DNA from: Octopus bimaculoides
Lineage: Eukaryota
NCBI RefSeq assembly: GCF_001194135.2
Contig: NC_068998.1
Span: 2,190,684 to 2,254,683, forward strand
Length of the DNA: 64,000 nucleotides
Direction: 5' to 3'
The notes under the pieces: model-generated
Told to the model about the DNA's origin: nothing
Database searches by the model: none
Seen by the model: only the letters and a program-made list of their open reading frames with translations
Translations under genes and position numbers: made by a program
Shown here: positions 48,862-61,350 of the stretch, one piece after another
How the letters are laid out: each line of letters begins with the position of its first letter
Position numbering within the stretch: the stretch's first letter is position 1

Positions 48862-49550
48862 ATATACATTATATGATTCTATGTTGTTATTTTTAAGANN
48901 NNNNNNNNNNNNNNNNNNNNNNNNNNNNNNNNNNNNNNNNNNNNNNNNNNNNNNNNNNNNNNNNNNNNNNNNNNNNNNNNNNNNNNNNNNNATCAGGATG
49001 CTTGACAAAGTATGACAATCTTCCTCTCCAACATTCCACCCACCCACACACATTCATACACACAACTGTTAGCTAATGAGAAAGCTTCTACTGAGTTGCT
49101 GAACCTTCTTGAAATAGCAGCCAAAACTTTTCCTCAAACTGTAGCAGCTTGAAAAAAAGATATATTTATAAAATTAAACAGAGGAGAAAACAAATTCAAA
49201 GGCCGATGTATCTATTCCTTTGATCCATATTAACGAAATCTCCATGGTATACAAAGTACATACATAGATGCATTCATCTATATGATATATAAAAAATTTC
49301 TAAGAATTTATAAATGCATACATATACATGAAAATTTATAAAAATTCATACACATATAGGAATTTATAAACACATAAAAATTCATAAATATATAAAAAAT
49401 GTAAGTCCATAAATGTACTTGGGAAGTCTGAATGTTCGAATTCGAATCAATGAAGTGGATGATGAAACGGATGTAAAATGATTCATAAGGAGTCTGGAAC
49501 ATGTATAAGATCTATGTATAAAGTCTTATGGCCGTTTTGAAAAGATATAG

Positions 49551-50012
49551 GTTGCCATTTTCATAGAGGACCCTTCCTCGTCACCAGTCACTATTCGGTC
49601 CAAAAAAGGCTCATTTGTGAGATGTGACTGCAAAGAACACACATTCACTCTCTGCATGTGATTAGACTAGGAAAGTCTGTGAGGAACCCATTGACCCAAT
49701 TTGCTGACTTTTCCAATGACACACAGGTATTGATGAATGGTTGAATGACCAAATGCCAGCTTCTCTGCGAGTTACAATGGGATTTTGTTCCACCAGGGTT
49801 AGCAGGACATCCTCGTCGAGCATTACAGACCTTCCAGGATGAGGGTCGTCTTCTAGGCTGTAGTTTCCGTCTCGGAATTTCCGGAGCCACCCATGACACT
49901 GGCTTATGCTTAATGTCTGATCCCCATATACTGCATTAATATTCCTTGCACCATCCTTTGCATTGGTGACTTTACTGAACTCATAAAGTAAAATATGTTG
50001 AATATGTTCCTT
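49551..50012 (-). mobile_element. Second decayed copy of the same mariner (N-terminal half)
   Basis: Reverse strand reads KEHIQHILLYEF..ARNINAVYGD, RKFRDGNYSLEDDPHPGR, LVEQNPIVT, KLGQWVPHRLS and DRIVTGD; colinear with 19838-20250. Confidence 0.9.
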
Positions 50013-50029
50013 TGTCCAGTACCAGATCG

Positions 50030-50175
50030 ATCCTAAAATCTAATTAGTTCATGCCAGTCACGAGGCCAAACATCCCTGAAAGTTTCATCCAAATCCATCC
50101 AGTGGTTCTTGAGATATCTCATCCACGGACGAACAAACAAACAAACACAACTGAAAACAACACCTCCGCCTTCGT
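50030..50175 (+). mobile_element. Second copy of the HINE-like element, cut within the hairpin
   Basis: Colinear with 21439-21575 (atgccagtcacgag..aaacat..cagtggttcttgagatatc..aaacaaac..ctgaaaacaa..cctccgccttcg). Confidence 0.45.
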
Positions 50176-50184
50176 TAATAATGG

Positions 50185-50372
50185 TCTCAAATTTTGGCAC
50201 AAGACCAGCAATTTTAGGGGTGGGGTAAGTTGATTACATCAACCCCAGTGTTCAGCTGGTCCTTATTTCATCGACCCTGAAAGGATGAAAGGCAAAGTCG
50301 ACCTCAGAACATAAAGTCGGAAGAAATGGCACTAAGCACTTTTTTCCGGTGTGGTAACGTTTCTGCCAACTC
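50185..50372 (-). mobile_element. SINE family B copy
   Basis: ttttggcacaagaccagcaattttagggg..tttcatcgaccctgaaaggatgaaaggcaaagtcgacctc. Confidence 0.8.
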
Positions 50373-51393
50373 AAATAATAAATATTAAAGTATGACAAAC
50401 ACACGAATACATTACGTTCAGCAGTATAGGATATGAACAAATATCTGTAATACACTGGGGAAGACAGAGTCAACTGTAGAAGTACTTTTCTCACTGAAAA
50501 GAAATCAGTTTTAGAATAGAAATGGTATTGAGAAGAATGGACTGCATGGAAACTTCTTAAAACGTTTCATTTAATTACCATTGTTAATTCCATCAAGGAA
50601 GGCATGAATGTTACTTAATCACATTCTCTTTAAAAGATGAAGCTTATCCATTAGAAATGTAAATACAAAGCTTAAAATTCAAAATTGAAATAAATTTTAA
50701 TTTTAAATTTCATACAATTCATATTATATTTTAAGGTTCTTAATTCTAAAATTCAAAATATTACATTTAAATTTTAGATTCAAAATGTCATATTTAAATT
50801 TTTAATTTCTGGAATTAGAAATTTAAAACAAGAAACTTGGAATTTTATAGATTAGGTATATTTTTTAAATATCTTTATTGTGTTGTTATATTTTCAAAGT
50901 GAACAAGTTTCGAGTGGAACAAAACAAAAATAATGTCAGTTTATATTGAATTGCTTTTGACATTTCCTGAAGAATTCTCAGAGTTCTTAAGACATTAGTC
51001 TCAAAAATTCTCCAAGTGAACATCACCACTTGTTGACATTTACCAATTATGGAACAACAAAAACAGTAAGGTGGCACTTAAATGCTAGATATAGCAGCCA
51101 AAGTTTGCTAAAATCACATCTTATCTTGATTGAGATAACAAAGGTTTAATCAGTATTATTAAAACCATTGCCAATTTGGGTGGCCGAGTGGTTAGGTTGT
51201 TGTATATAAGAGAATTTTATTCTAACAACTTTTCTCCATTTTTAACTAAATTGATGAGTTTTATGGGACTTCTTTCCATAAATTCATCATATATATATAT
51301 ATATGCCTGAGGAAGGACATAAATATAAAATAAGGTGGAGAAAATAGTACTCGACTACCAGAGGTAGAGTAATATGCTTTATTATTATTAAAG

Positions 51394-51469
51394 CTGCAAA
51401 GACATCACAAAACTGTTACTCAGAGTTTCATGTTTCCGTTTGTTGGACAGTTTTGTGATGTTTTTGCAG
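51394..51469 (-). ncRNA. Degenerate type I hammerhead-ribozyme-like motif (Penelope/retrozyme type), probably inactive
   Basis: Minus strand: 23-bp stem I (22/23 paired) enclosing CCAACAA-ACG-gaaa-CAT-GAAA-CTC-t-GAG-TA, i.e. the spacing of CUGANGA/stem II/GAAA/stem III/UH. Confidence 0.6.
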
Positions 51470-51485
51470 ATTCAATAAAAAAAGA

Positions 51486-51522
<37 letters not shown>

Positions 51523-52616
51523 ATATTGCATACTCTCTTGTATTAGCTATAATCATTGCTACTGTGTGCGTGTTTGGAGTAATTGACACAATAACATTTC
51601 ACCTTTGAAACAAACTGAAATCAACGAAAAGTGATTCTCTATTTCAACAAAAACAAAGAGAAATATATAGAAAACAACAACAAAAGAAGAAATTAGAAAA
51701 TGCCATTTTTACATCTTTCACGGAATTTCCTTAGAAACCACAAGTCATCATTTCCACAGCAACAACATCAGCAACAAACATTTTTTCTTTTGTTTTTGCC
51801 ATTTTTTTGCATGGTGATTTTCTAGAATGCTTTGCAATGTCTTCAAAGAGAAATCCCTGATTTCATGCCAACTTCCTCCAATATTTCCAGTAACAGAAAC
51901 TAGTATTTTGTGCCATAACTTGCTGCTTTTATTTCCACGCCAACCATCTACCACCACTACCCCAATTTACCATTCCTTGTAGCAAGCATGAAGTTAAATC
52001 ATCTTCCCTGTTTGCATCTGGTCTACTAATTAAGCTCTTTTGATTGTGCCTGAGTTTATTATTATTATTATTATTAGTTTTTTACTTGTTTGTTTTTTTT
52101 TCTTTTCCCATTTATCCTTGCTTCCCCCCCCTTTACCGCCCCCCGTCCCTATGATTTTATCAACTGTATCACTGTCTCGACGACCAGACCACACTTTTGT
52201 TGTTTTCCAGTGATGCCACAAACCACTGGCTCAGAAGGCAGGCCACCACCTCCCCTCGAACAGAATGCCAGTCTGTGACAGGGTTATCCAGTTGCAGCCA
52301 AGTGAGACGTAGGCAGTGAGTGTGGCGGAAGATCTGTGAAAATTAGAGTGGAATGAAAGTGGAGGGGAGAGGGTCTACGAGCTGAGGGAGTGGACGGGCT
52401 TTTGAAAGTAACATGTGATGTCAGTTGCAATGCCACTTGGTGATGAGACATGTAGCATTGAATGTGGGAGATCTGTGGGGAGAAATGAATCTGAAGTAAT
52501 GTTAACCTCTGGGATAGGTGGCTGGGGGGGAGTAAAATCACCAGACCATGTGATGTAGATGAGTTGGCTGTGTTAGTGTGTATACATATATACACACACA
52601 TATATACACACATATA

Positions 52617-52833
52617 CGAAGGGCTGCTGAAAAGTTCCTGGTTGTAAGAGTATTGTGAAAGGCCTGACTGGAGGCCCAACCTTCAAGTTCTTTTTGCAAG
52701 GCTTAGAAAAACTGAAGGATCGCTGCAATAAGTGTGTGACTCTGAGAGGGGAATATGTTGAATAAAATCATAATTGACTGATTCTCCTGTATTTTCTTTT
52801 ATCCAAAGCCAGGGACTTTTCAGCACTCCCTCA
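52617..52833 (+). mobile_element. Non-autonomous mariner derivative (MITE) with TIRs and TA target duplication
   Basis: TA-cgaagggctgctgaaaagttcctgg ... ccagggacttttcagcactccctca-TA; the interior encodes a mariner C-terminus GLEKLKDRCNKCVTLRGEYVE*. Confidence 0.85.
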
Positions 52834-53254
52834 TACGTACACACATCCACAAGCACACACATCTCATTCTATTCAGTAATTTCATTTATAACACAAACTC
52901 ACCCCCGCTTGACCCCTCAGCCTCAGTTCCAAGACTGTTGCTTATAATCATCAATTTACCAGTTTCAGAATCTCTCTTCATGTTGGTGCCGAGAAAGTGA
53001 ATCTAACCAACAACAACAACATCAGCCGTCCACCACTGAGGTTACGGGTGGGTAAGTTGCTGGTTGCACAAACACCTCCATCTCCCCCCACCACCACACT
53101 CACGTTTTCAGCTGTTGCACTCATTAATCTCCTCTACATAATTACTGTGTCTTCCAATTAAAATTTCTTCAGTTCTGACACAGGTCCACAGACATTGCCA
53201 GCAAAACAGAAGTGTGGGAGGCAGGGAGCTGGGAACACACCTACAAGGGAACAA

Positions 53255-53420
53255 AGGTATGGCTGTGTAATGAAGTTTACCCCACAACAAAGTGGATTTG
53301 AGTTCAATCTCACTGCGTGGTACCTTGGACAAAGGTCTGCTTCTTTAGATTCAGGTTGACCAGTGCTTAGTGAATGGAATTTGGTGGACAGAAGCTGTGG
53401 AGGTCCATTGTAGATAGCAT
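53255..53420 (+). mobile_element. SINE family A, 5' part
   Basis: gtatggctgtgtaatgaagttt..gagttcaatctcactgcgtggtaccttggacaa. Confidence 0.65.
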
Positions 53421-53929
53421 CATTCAATGTCCACTTTTCTGTGCTTGCATTTGTTAAGATGGAATGTGTTGAGGCAAATGTTTCTATAGCTGGATGCTCT
53501 TTCTGTCACCAACCCTCGTCTGTTTCCAATCAAAGGCTATCGTTTGACAGAAAACTAATTTCCATAAATGATTTATATATATATATATATATTTTTTTTA
53601 TTATTATTTTTAAGTTTCTGAATATCTTAAGTATTTATTCAATCTCAATTTTAAGAGAATTTAGACTATCAGCCAATATCAAAGATATGATATTTTGAAT
53701 AGATGAACATAAGTGAACATAAGTAAACATAGGTGAACACACATATTACACATTAATGTATTTTCGAACAAATAATTAACAGGAACAATTTTTGCTTCAG
53801 CATGCTAGAACTTGCATGATTTTTGCTTTTTTGTTTGTTCGTTTGCTTGTATTGGGTTCTTTCTAAAGATATGGCTTTATCTCCTCCTCCTCCTCTTCAT
53901 CAATGAAACTAATTATCATTACTATTATT

Positions 53930-55550
53930 GCTCTTTAGATACTAAGTTCAAATCCTGGCAAAATCTACTTAGCATCTCATTCTTTTTCTAATTAATAAAA
54001 TAAAGTACCGCCTAACTACTGGGGTTCATGTCCATCTAATTGACTCTGCTTTGTCTCCCAAACATTTCTAGACTTAATAATTATGTTAGAAAGGCAGTGC
54101 GCTGGCAGAAACGTTACTCCAAGGTCGACTTTACCTTTCATCCTTTTGGGGGTTGATGAAATAAATATCAGTTGAACCCTGGGGTTGATGTAGTTGACTA
54201 TCTCATACCCAACAAAAGTTCAGGTCTTGTATCTATAGCAGCAGAAAAGACTATTACCTTATTTTAGTAAGACTTCAGGTCTTAACCAGTCACATACTGG
54301 GGGCTCTTCATCAAGTCATGTGACCCATGTACCTTTAGCAGGATTTCTACAGTTCCAAGTTTTTGTCTATTTTTGTAAAGTTACAATATTAGACATTATA
54401 TTTAGCTTGGAGATGTGTTGCAAACTTGGTAGGAACAAAGCCAACAGCTCCAATTACTATTGGCACGGCTTTAGTTCTTGAGTTCCACATTCTTGAAATT
54501 TCCAAACTGAACACTCAATATTTATCAATTTTTTTTTCTCAAACTCTTTGCCATACTGTGGGTATCTGGGGTAGCTACATTTGAAATGTCATATTTTTGC
54601 ATTGCTTTTCTAAGCCATAAAACTCCCCAGTTAATGGTACTGTATCACTCAATCTGTTTGGATTTTAAACTCCCAAAACAGTTTTTGTAAGATTATTATT
54701 ATTATTATAGTGACGGATTGGCCGAACCATTAGCATGTCAGATAAAAAAGCTAAGTGGTATTTCTTCCAGTGTTTTTTACATTGTGTTCAAATCCCACCA
54801 AAGTCACATTGCCTGTTGCCCTTTCAGGGTCAATGAAGTACCAATCACATATTAAGGTTGATGTAATCAACTTGTCCCCTCCCTTCAAAATTGCTGGTCT
54901 TGTACCATTATTATTATTTTTATTATTATTATTATTAGTAGTAGTAGTAGTAGGGCAGCAGATTGACAGAATCAGCAGGGTACCAGACCAAATGCCTTAT
55001 ATATAATGATCAGTCCCAACCTATTTCATCTCTAGCTGGGGTCACCTTTACCCATCAAATACTCCAGTGAATATAGTCAACAGTTCCTTTCATCAAAATT
55101 TGGTGGGGATTTCCAATATTAAAAAACCATCATAACATTAAATATCAAGACAACTTATTAATACTACATTTTAGCATAAATTATTAGAATATAAATTATT
55201 ACTATTTTAATATTATCAATAAATATTACTATTAATTTTATTAAATTGTTATTGTAATTTATAATTTTAATATTATGAGCATTGCTATTATTTTATTAAA
55301 TATTTTTGATATCAAGACCTGTCCTGTTTTACCATTAGATATTATCATCATTATTGATATTATTATTATCAAATATTACGAAGACTGAGTTGGCAGAATT
55401 GTTAGCACGCTGGGCAAAATGCTTAGCAGAATTTTGTTCAAATCCCACCAATGTCAGCTTTGTCTTTCATACCAGCTAAGCAGGGGGGGGGGGGGTCAAA
55501 CCCTTCTCTTCAAATTGCTGACCTTGTACCAAAGATTGAAACCATTATTT
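53930..55550 (+). mobile_element. Cluster of four family B copies (about 53930-54090, 54095-54255, 54712-54945 and 55385-55550)
   Basis: Repeated gctggcagaa/gttagc head and aagtcgactttacctttcatcc-type core motifs with (att)n tails. Confidence 0.7.
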
Positions 55551-55744
55551 CTCTTATTGTCATCACAAAATATTACAATTCTGCTTCTTCTTCTTATTAT
55601 TATTATATAAACTATCAACAGTTTATTACAATTCCCATTGAGCTGTCTCATAACAAGGCAGCCCCCTTTTTCATTCTTTATATATTTCATTTTCTATGCG
55701 TCCCCCTATTTTTTTTTCTTCTTTTCTTTTGGTATTTCATGTAG

Positions 55745-55772
55745 GGAGGAGCCACCAGTCCTGACCAACAAG
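55745..55772 (+). other. Candidate 28-nt micro-exon (possible extra 3' exon of the TAPP-like gene)
   Basis: Long pyrimidine tract plus gtag| acceptor, and AAG|gtaaag donor; GC-richer unique sequence reading GGATSPDQQ in phase 0. Confidence 0.35.
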
Positions 55773-56539
55773 GTAAAGGAGCTAAAAACACAAATTTGCT
55801 GAAAAAAATATGGCTTTTTCGGTAGCCGTTGGCTGTCTGTCTATCTTTCAATGTGATGATCAATTACTTTGTCGCTTCAGTGTGAGATCTACAAGAACAC
55901 ACTGACGACGACGACGATGATGCTAGTGGTGTTAATGTTTATATGATGAGGATGATGAGGAGGATATGGAGTCAAATAACAATGACAAGAACAACCACAA
56001 AATAATTATGGGACTGTTTCTATCGGTTGAAGTATTATGATACTGTATAAAGATAAAGCAGTTGGTGTCTTCAAGATAATTGTGTGTAAACAAATATATT
56101 TATACATATATATATAAACATATGTATATTCACTTATATATGTATATATTTATAATTATATACATTATATATATATATATTTATGAATAGATTAAATGAT
56201 AGGAAATTGAATGAATTGTATTATTTGAACTCACTGAGAAGTGGTTTTAAATAATGTCATTCATTCCTTTTTCTATCATTTATCTATTTGTATAAACTCT
56301 ATGTATACTATGGAATTACTGATGTATATCCTGTTGCTGGAGCATTTCCACTATATGATGACATTAGGTAGCCAATAATGGTGGACAAGCTTTACATAGC
56401 ATTCTACAAGGTTTTTACCCGAATCTTATTTAACATATTTATGTGTATACATACATATAATAATTGTATAATGAATTATATAACAATGTGTTATATATAT
56501 ATGCATATTTATATGTACTATATAATACATATAAAATAT

Positions 56540-56573
<34 letters not shown>

Positions 56574-56585
56574 CATATATATGCA

Positions 56586-56639
<54 letters not shown>

Positions 56640-56697
56640 TGATGATGATTTATATGTAATGCATAATACATATAAAATATATGATTTTTACATTAAG

Positions 56698-56733
<36 letters not shown>

Positions 56734-57154
56734 AACCTCTCCAAGGTTTATCTCTACAGGGGTCAATAAAAAGTATTAATCAAGTTTTGGGGGCCAATAA
56801 AATCAAATGGTCCCTTACCCCTGTATTATGGCCTTCTCCCCATATAAAAGCAATTATATATATATGCCATATACGATAATAAGGTTTATATGTATAATAT
56901 ACTCTAATACCATGCAATAAGATATTATTATTATTATTATTATATACAAGTCCTCCCCATCTGATATTTTTGCTTATGATTTCTTTAACTAGTTCAGGAA
57001 AGTGGGTTTTTTTTTTCTCTCATAACAGAAAAAGATTAGAGAACAAAAAAAAAACACATTCCTTAATCTTCTCTTCTGTTCTATTTGTGAATCAGTTTTC
57101 CTTTTTTCTGCACTTCTTCATTCTCGAGCAGCTGTTCTATATTATTATTATTAT

Positions 57155-57360
57155 TAAAGTGGTGAGCTGGCAGAATTGTTAGCGTACCGGGCAAAATGCT
57201 GTGCAGTATTCTGAGTTCAAATTCTGCCAAGGTTAACTTTGTTTTTCATCCTTTCAAGGTTGATAAATAAAATACCAGTTAAACACTGTGGGTTGACATA
57301 ATTGACTAGCCCACTCCCCACATATTTCAGGCCTTGTGCCTATATTAGAAAGGGTTGTTA
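57155..57360 (+). mobile_element. SINE family B copy
   Basis: ggtgagctggcagaattgttagcgtaccgggcaaaatgc..gagttcaaattctgccaaggttaactttg. Confidence 0.75.
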
Positions 57361-57491
57361 TTATAAATATTGTGTGATGTTTTTGAAGGCTAACTTGAAT
57401 TTTAGACTAGCTTCAAAGATATGATTAGTCTAATACAATAACACAAATATTGTGTGTGTGTGTGTGTAAGTGTGCACACATATCTATATAT

Positions 57492-57765
57492 TAAAGATTA
57501 TTTGCCAACATAACATGGCAGTCCTGGTTTAGGACGAATGTTACTGTAATTTAGCCCCAGGAGACATCATCTCCAGCTGGCTATACGACATGATCTGTGT
57601 CCTTATATTTTCGAACAAGGGCATTCAGCACCCACCCCTTGTTCAAAAATATAAGGACACAGATTGTGTCATGTAGCCAGCTGGAGACAATGTCTCCAGG
57701 GGTTAAATTACAGCAACATTTGTCCTAAACCAGGACTACCATGTTAGGTTGGCAAATAATCTTTA
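57492..57765. mobile_element. 274-bp foldback (palindromic) MITE-like element
   Basis: Arms 57492-57621 and 57636-57765 are reverse complements with 13 mismatches in 130 bp (hand count) and a 14-nt spacer; the termini TA...TA could be a TA target duplication. Confidence 0.85.
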
Positions 57766-58428
57766 CTCTAGAGGACTGTTGCTGAATATCTCTTGATGTG
57801 AGATTTACAAATAGTAATTTCCAATGTCTATATATATATACCTATGTATACATACACACACATACACGTGTATATATATATATATATTCATATGCATAAA
57901 TGTATACATATACAAGCATATATATACACATGCTTCTTTCAAAGCCCAAATACACAAAAACCTCAAATATTTTACATATATGTCACAAAGACATCCTGAT
58001 AAATATGCAAAATTATTACAAAGGCATGTGAAAGCACACACACACACACAAAGGAAATTTCAGCGTCTTTTGTTCACTTATTTATATATTTTTTTATTGT
58101 TTCATCCCCCACCCTGTCCACCACATGTTATATTTAAGCAAACACTCTTCCCAACTGCTCTTGTATTTGAACTCTTGTCCTTCCTTGATCATCCTGTCAA
58201 TAAGTTTTCATTTATAAACCGCAGTAACGCCTACATTACCAAAATCTCTCTCATGTCCTCCCCTCACTGTCGCTCTGAACTTTTACCACTTTTCATTTTC
58301 CTCTCTCATATTGACTTGTAAACTCTCTGCCTCCACCTCACTGTATAAGTATGTATTTATCTGTATCTGTGTGTGGATGTGAGTGTGTATGTGTCTTTGT
58401 TTGTAAGTGTTCATTTCTGTCTATATGC

Positions 58429-58469
<41 letters not shown>

Positions 58470-58999
58470 TTCTTTTCTATTTGTCTATCACTATCTGCTT
58501 GCCTATCTGTACCTGCTTCTCTCTCTCTCTCTCTCTCTGTATTTATCTGTCTCTTTCTCCCTGTCTGTCTCTTTAAGTCAGTCTCTCTCTCTCTCTTTCT
58601 CGCCCTCTCTCTTTCTCGCTCTCTCCTAAAACTCTCACCCCGTCTGACTTAATGTTGAAGAAATTAACTGAAGATCTATTGGAATATTAAACTGACCCCA
58701 ACGTTAAGTTAAATGGTTACTGATTCCTCCAGTTGACCAAAAAAAAATAAATAAAAAAGAAAAAAACTGTTAAAAATCAAAACTCCAGTGGCCAGAATCC
58801 AATGGCCAGTAAATTATTCAATGTAAACAAACACCAAAAAATACAAACAAATTATTTGGTGATATCTTCTGTCCATTGTATTATTTAAAAACAAAGTCTG
58901 AATTTTGTGTAAAAAAAACAAAAAAAAAACTCGGTAAATTAACCTCATTATGTTTTGTCATCAGTGTTGTTGTTCTTAAATTATTATTATTATTATTGC

Positions 59000-59185
59000 A
59001 AGTGAAAAATTGGCAGAATTGTTAGCATGTTGGGAAAATGCTTTATGTCTTGAGTTCAAATTCCATTAGGGTCATCATCTTTGTCTTTTATTGTTTTGAG
59101 GTTGATAAAATAAGTTCCAACTGGACATGAATTGATCCAACCCTGCTACATACAAAATTTCGGACCCTGGGCCGATAATACAAAG
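59000..59185 (+). mobile_element. SINE family B copy, heavily CpG-decayed
   Basis: tggcagaattgttagcatgttgggaaaatgc..gagttcaaattcc..ttgataaaataagttccaactgg. Confidence 0.65.
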
Positions 59186-59940
59186 AATGATTATTATCAT
59201 TATTATGATTAATGCTGCTGTTGGTTTGTTTTAAAGAAGCCATTCCTGGAAACCTAAACAGCAAGTTGGACATTTTACTCTGGATGTTATTTCTGATTAG
59301 CAATGACATATTCTAAGAATATTTTATATAAAGAAAATGAAAGATATTGGATTCAAGAGAAGATTATACATATAGTATGAAATATTGTATCTACAATACT
59401 GGACATGTTGCAAGGTTCTGTTATATAATAATAGAGGTGTATAACTTTTATTTAATGTGTACCTATATAGCTGAAGATAAATGTTGGTGAGAAAACCTAG
59501 TGTTTCTGTTTAATTAACTGTTCACTTCATTAACTGTTCACTTCAGAGAATACCTCTTGCCATTATCACCATTAGTAAGACAGTAAACCAATGGTTTGGA
59601 AATCAACACCATTCCTCTTGAACAATTATGGTATAAAACATAAAGCTTGTTAAATTTCGTTGCAGTTGTTGTGAAGAGGGTCTTTAGTAGAGGAAGGAGA
59701 AACTACTTGAGCGTCATTCTATTGTGGAGACAAATTACAAATAAAAATATAAAGAAAGAAAATAACCTTTGATTCCACAAATGGTTATTGGTTTGTTTGT
59801 AATTTACCATTACCATGACATATTAAACTATGATGTACGAATAAATGTACAATCTCTATACGCTACATGTTAAATTGTGTTATCTCATATAGACACACAC
59901 ACGCACACACAAAGGTCTGCTGGGTTGATACTTTATTGTA

Positions 59941-60156
59941 TAAAGGGCTGCTGAAAAGTTTCTAGCATGAAGGATCTTGTAAAAAGCCTGGCTGGAGGCC
60001 CAACATTCCAAGTTCTTATACAGGGTTTAGAAAACCTGAAGGACCACTGCAATAACTGTGTGAATCTGAGAGGGGAGCATGTTAAATAAAATCTGAATTA
60101 ACTGATCCTTCAGTATTTTTTTGGTCCAGAGCTAAGAACTTTTCAGCACCCTCTTG
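59941..60156 (+). mobile_element. Second copy of the same mariner MITE
   Basis: Colinear with 52617-52833 (gggctgctgaaaagtt ... aacttttcagcaccctcttg), TA flanks. Confidence 0.8.
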
Positions 60157-61307
60157 TATTTTTTTCCCCAGTTGCTGGTAAATGAATGCAAAGCAAGTTT
60201 TTAATGCATGCCACTGGATAGAGAATATTGGCCATTGAACAAGGAACTCCAGTATCCAGACCCCTACAAGATCTGGTAAGTATTTCATACACCAAGGTAA
60301 AACTGAACATGGAACCTTCTGTGGCTCCTGCTGAAAAGTCCAACCCATGCCAGCATGAAAAATGGACGTTAAATGATGATGATGATATATAAAATAAAAT
60401 GTTAAAAATAGTTTTTAAAAAATACATTGAAACACACACACGCATATAAATGGTGGATATTCCGTTGGTATCAACAGTGAGTTTTGTATTGCTGGACCAA
60501 CTCAATTCATTCTTGTGAAATTAACGTGCAAGTGGCTGTGTATACCACAGATATACTGTACTGTCTCGGGTCAAATCAATGTGACGAGGTTGGGCTTTAA
60601 ATTACGGACACAATTCATAAAGAGAAAGTAAAATCTACCCCCGAAGGATGAATGTTAAGTTGAACTAAGCAGGATTTGAACTCAGAAATCTGAGACAAAT
60701 GCAACAGAACGTTCTACCCATCGCTCTAAACATCTAGGAGCCCCCATGCCAAGCCTGTTCCGTCAGTGCTTTTTCAAAGTATATTTAGAACTACATATGT
60801 AATGTATCTTTTCTTTATGAAGACAATTAGATGTGGTCTGAGGGAGATTTGGCTGTTGTTTCCGTTGCTCCGGTGAGCACGTAAGGATTGTTCCAGTTGA
60901 CAATCTGACGACAGCCTGGAATAAGAAAGCAAGCCTAAAAAGACGCAGTTATCTCCCGTAAGCCTTCTGTAGTTATCTCCCTTTAACATGGGAGATAACT
61001 GCGACCTCAGACTAATATATTTTTACAGAAAGAAAAGAAAGAAAAACATTAAAAGTATAAAAGATAAATTTATCGAAAAAACCCCCCAGCTATCTCAAGC
61101 AACGAAAATAAAAGAAAAAAATTATGTGGGGAAGCAGTAGAAGACAGAGTGGGAGGGAATAACGGGTTATACGTCTCAGAACAACTGGCGTGTTCAGCCG
61201 CAACTCGCGCATGACAAAATGCTTAGCATTTTGATTTCAAATTCCGCTGCGGTCAGCTTTGTCTTTCATCCTTTCGGGGTTGATAAAATAAAATACTACT
61301 GCCACTA

Positions 61308-61350
<43 letters not shown>

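Noticed and set aside
52211-52330. Strong acceptor tgttttccag| followed by GC-richer sequence
   Set aside because: Phase 0 opens with TGA and other frames give nothing recognisable; no partner exon
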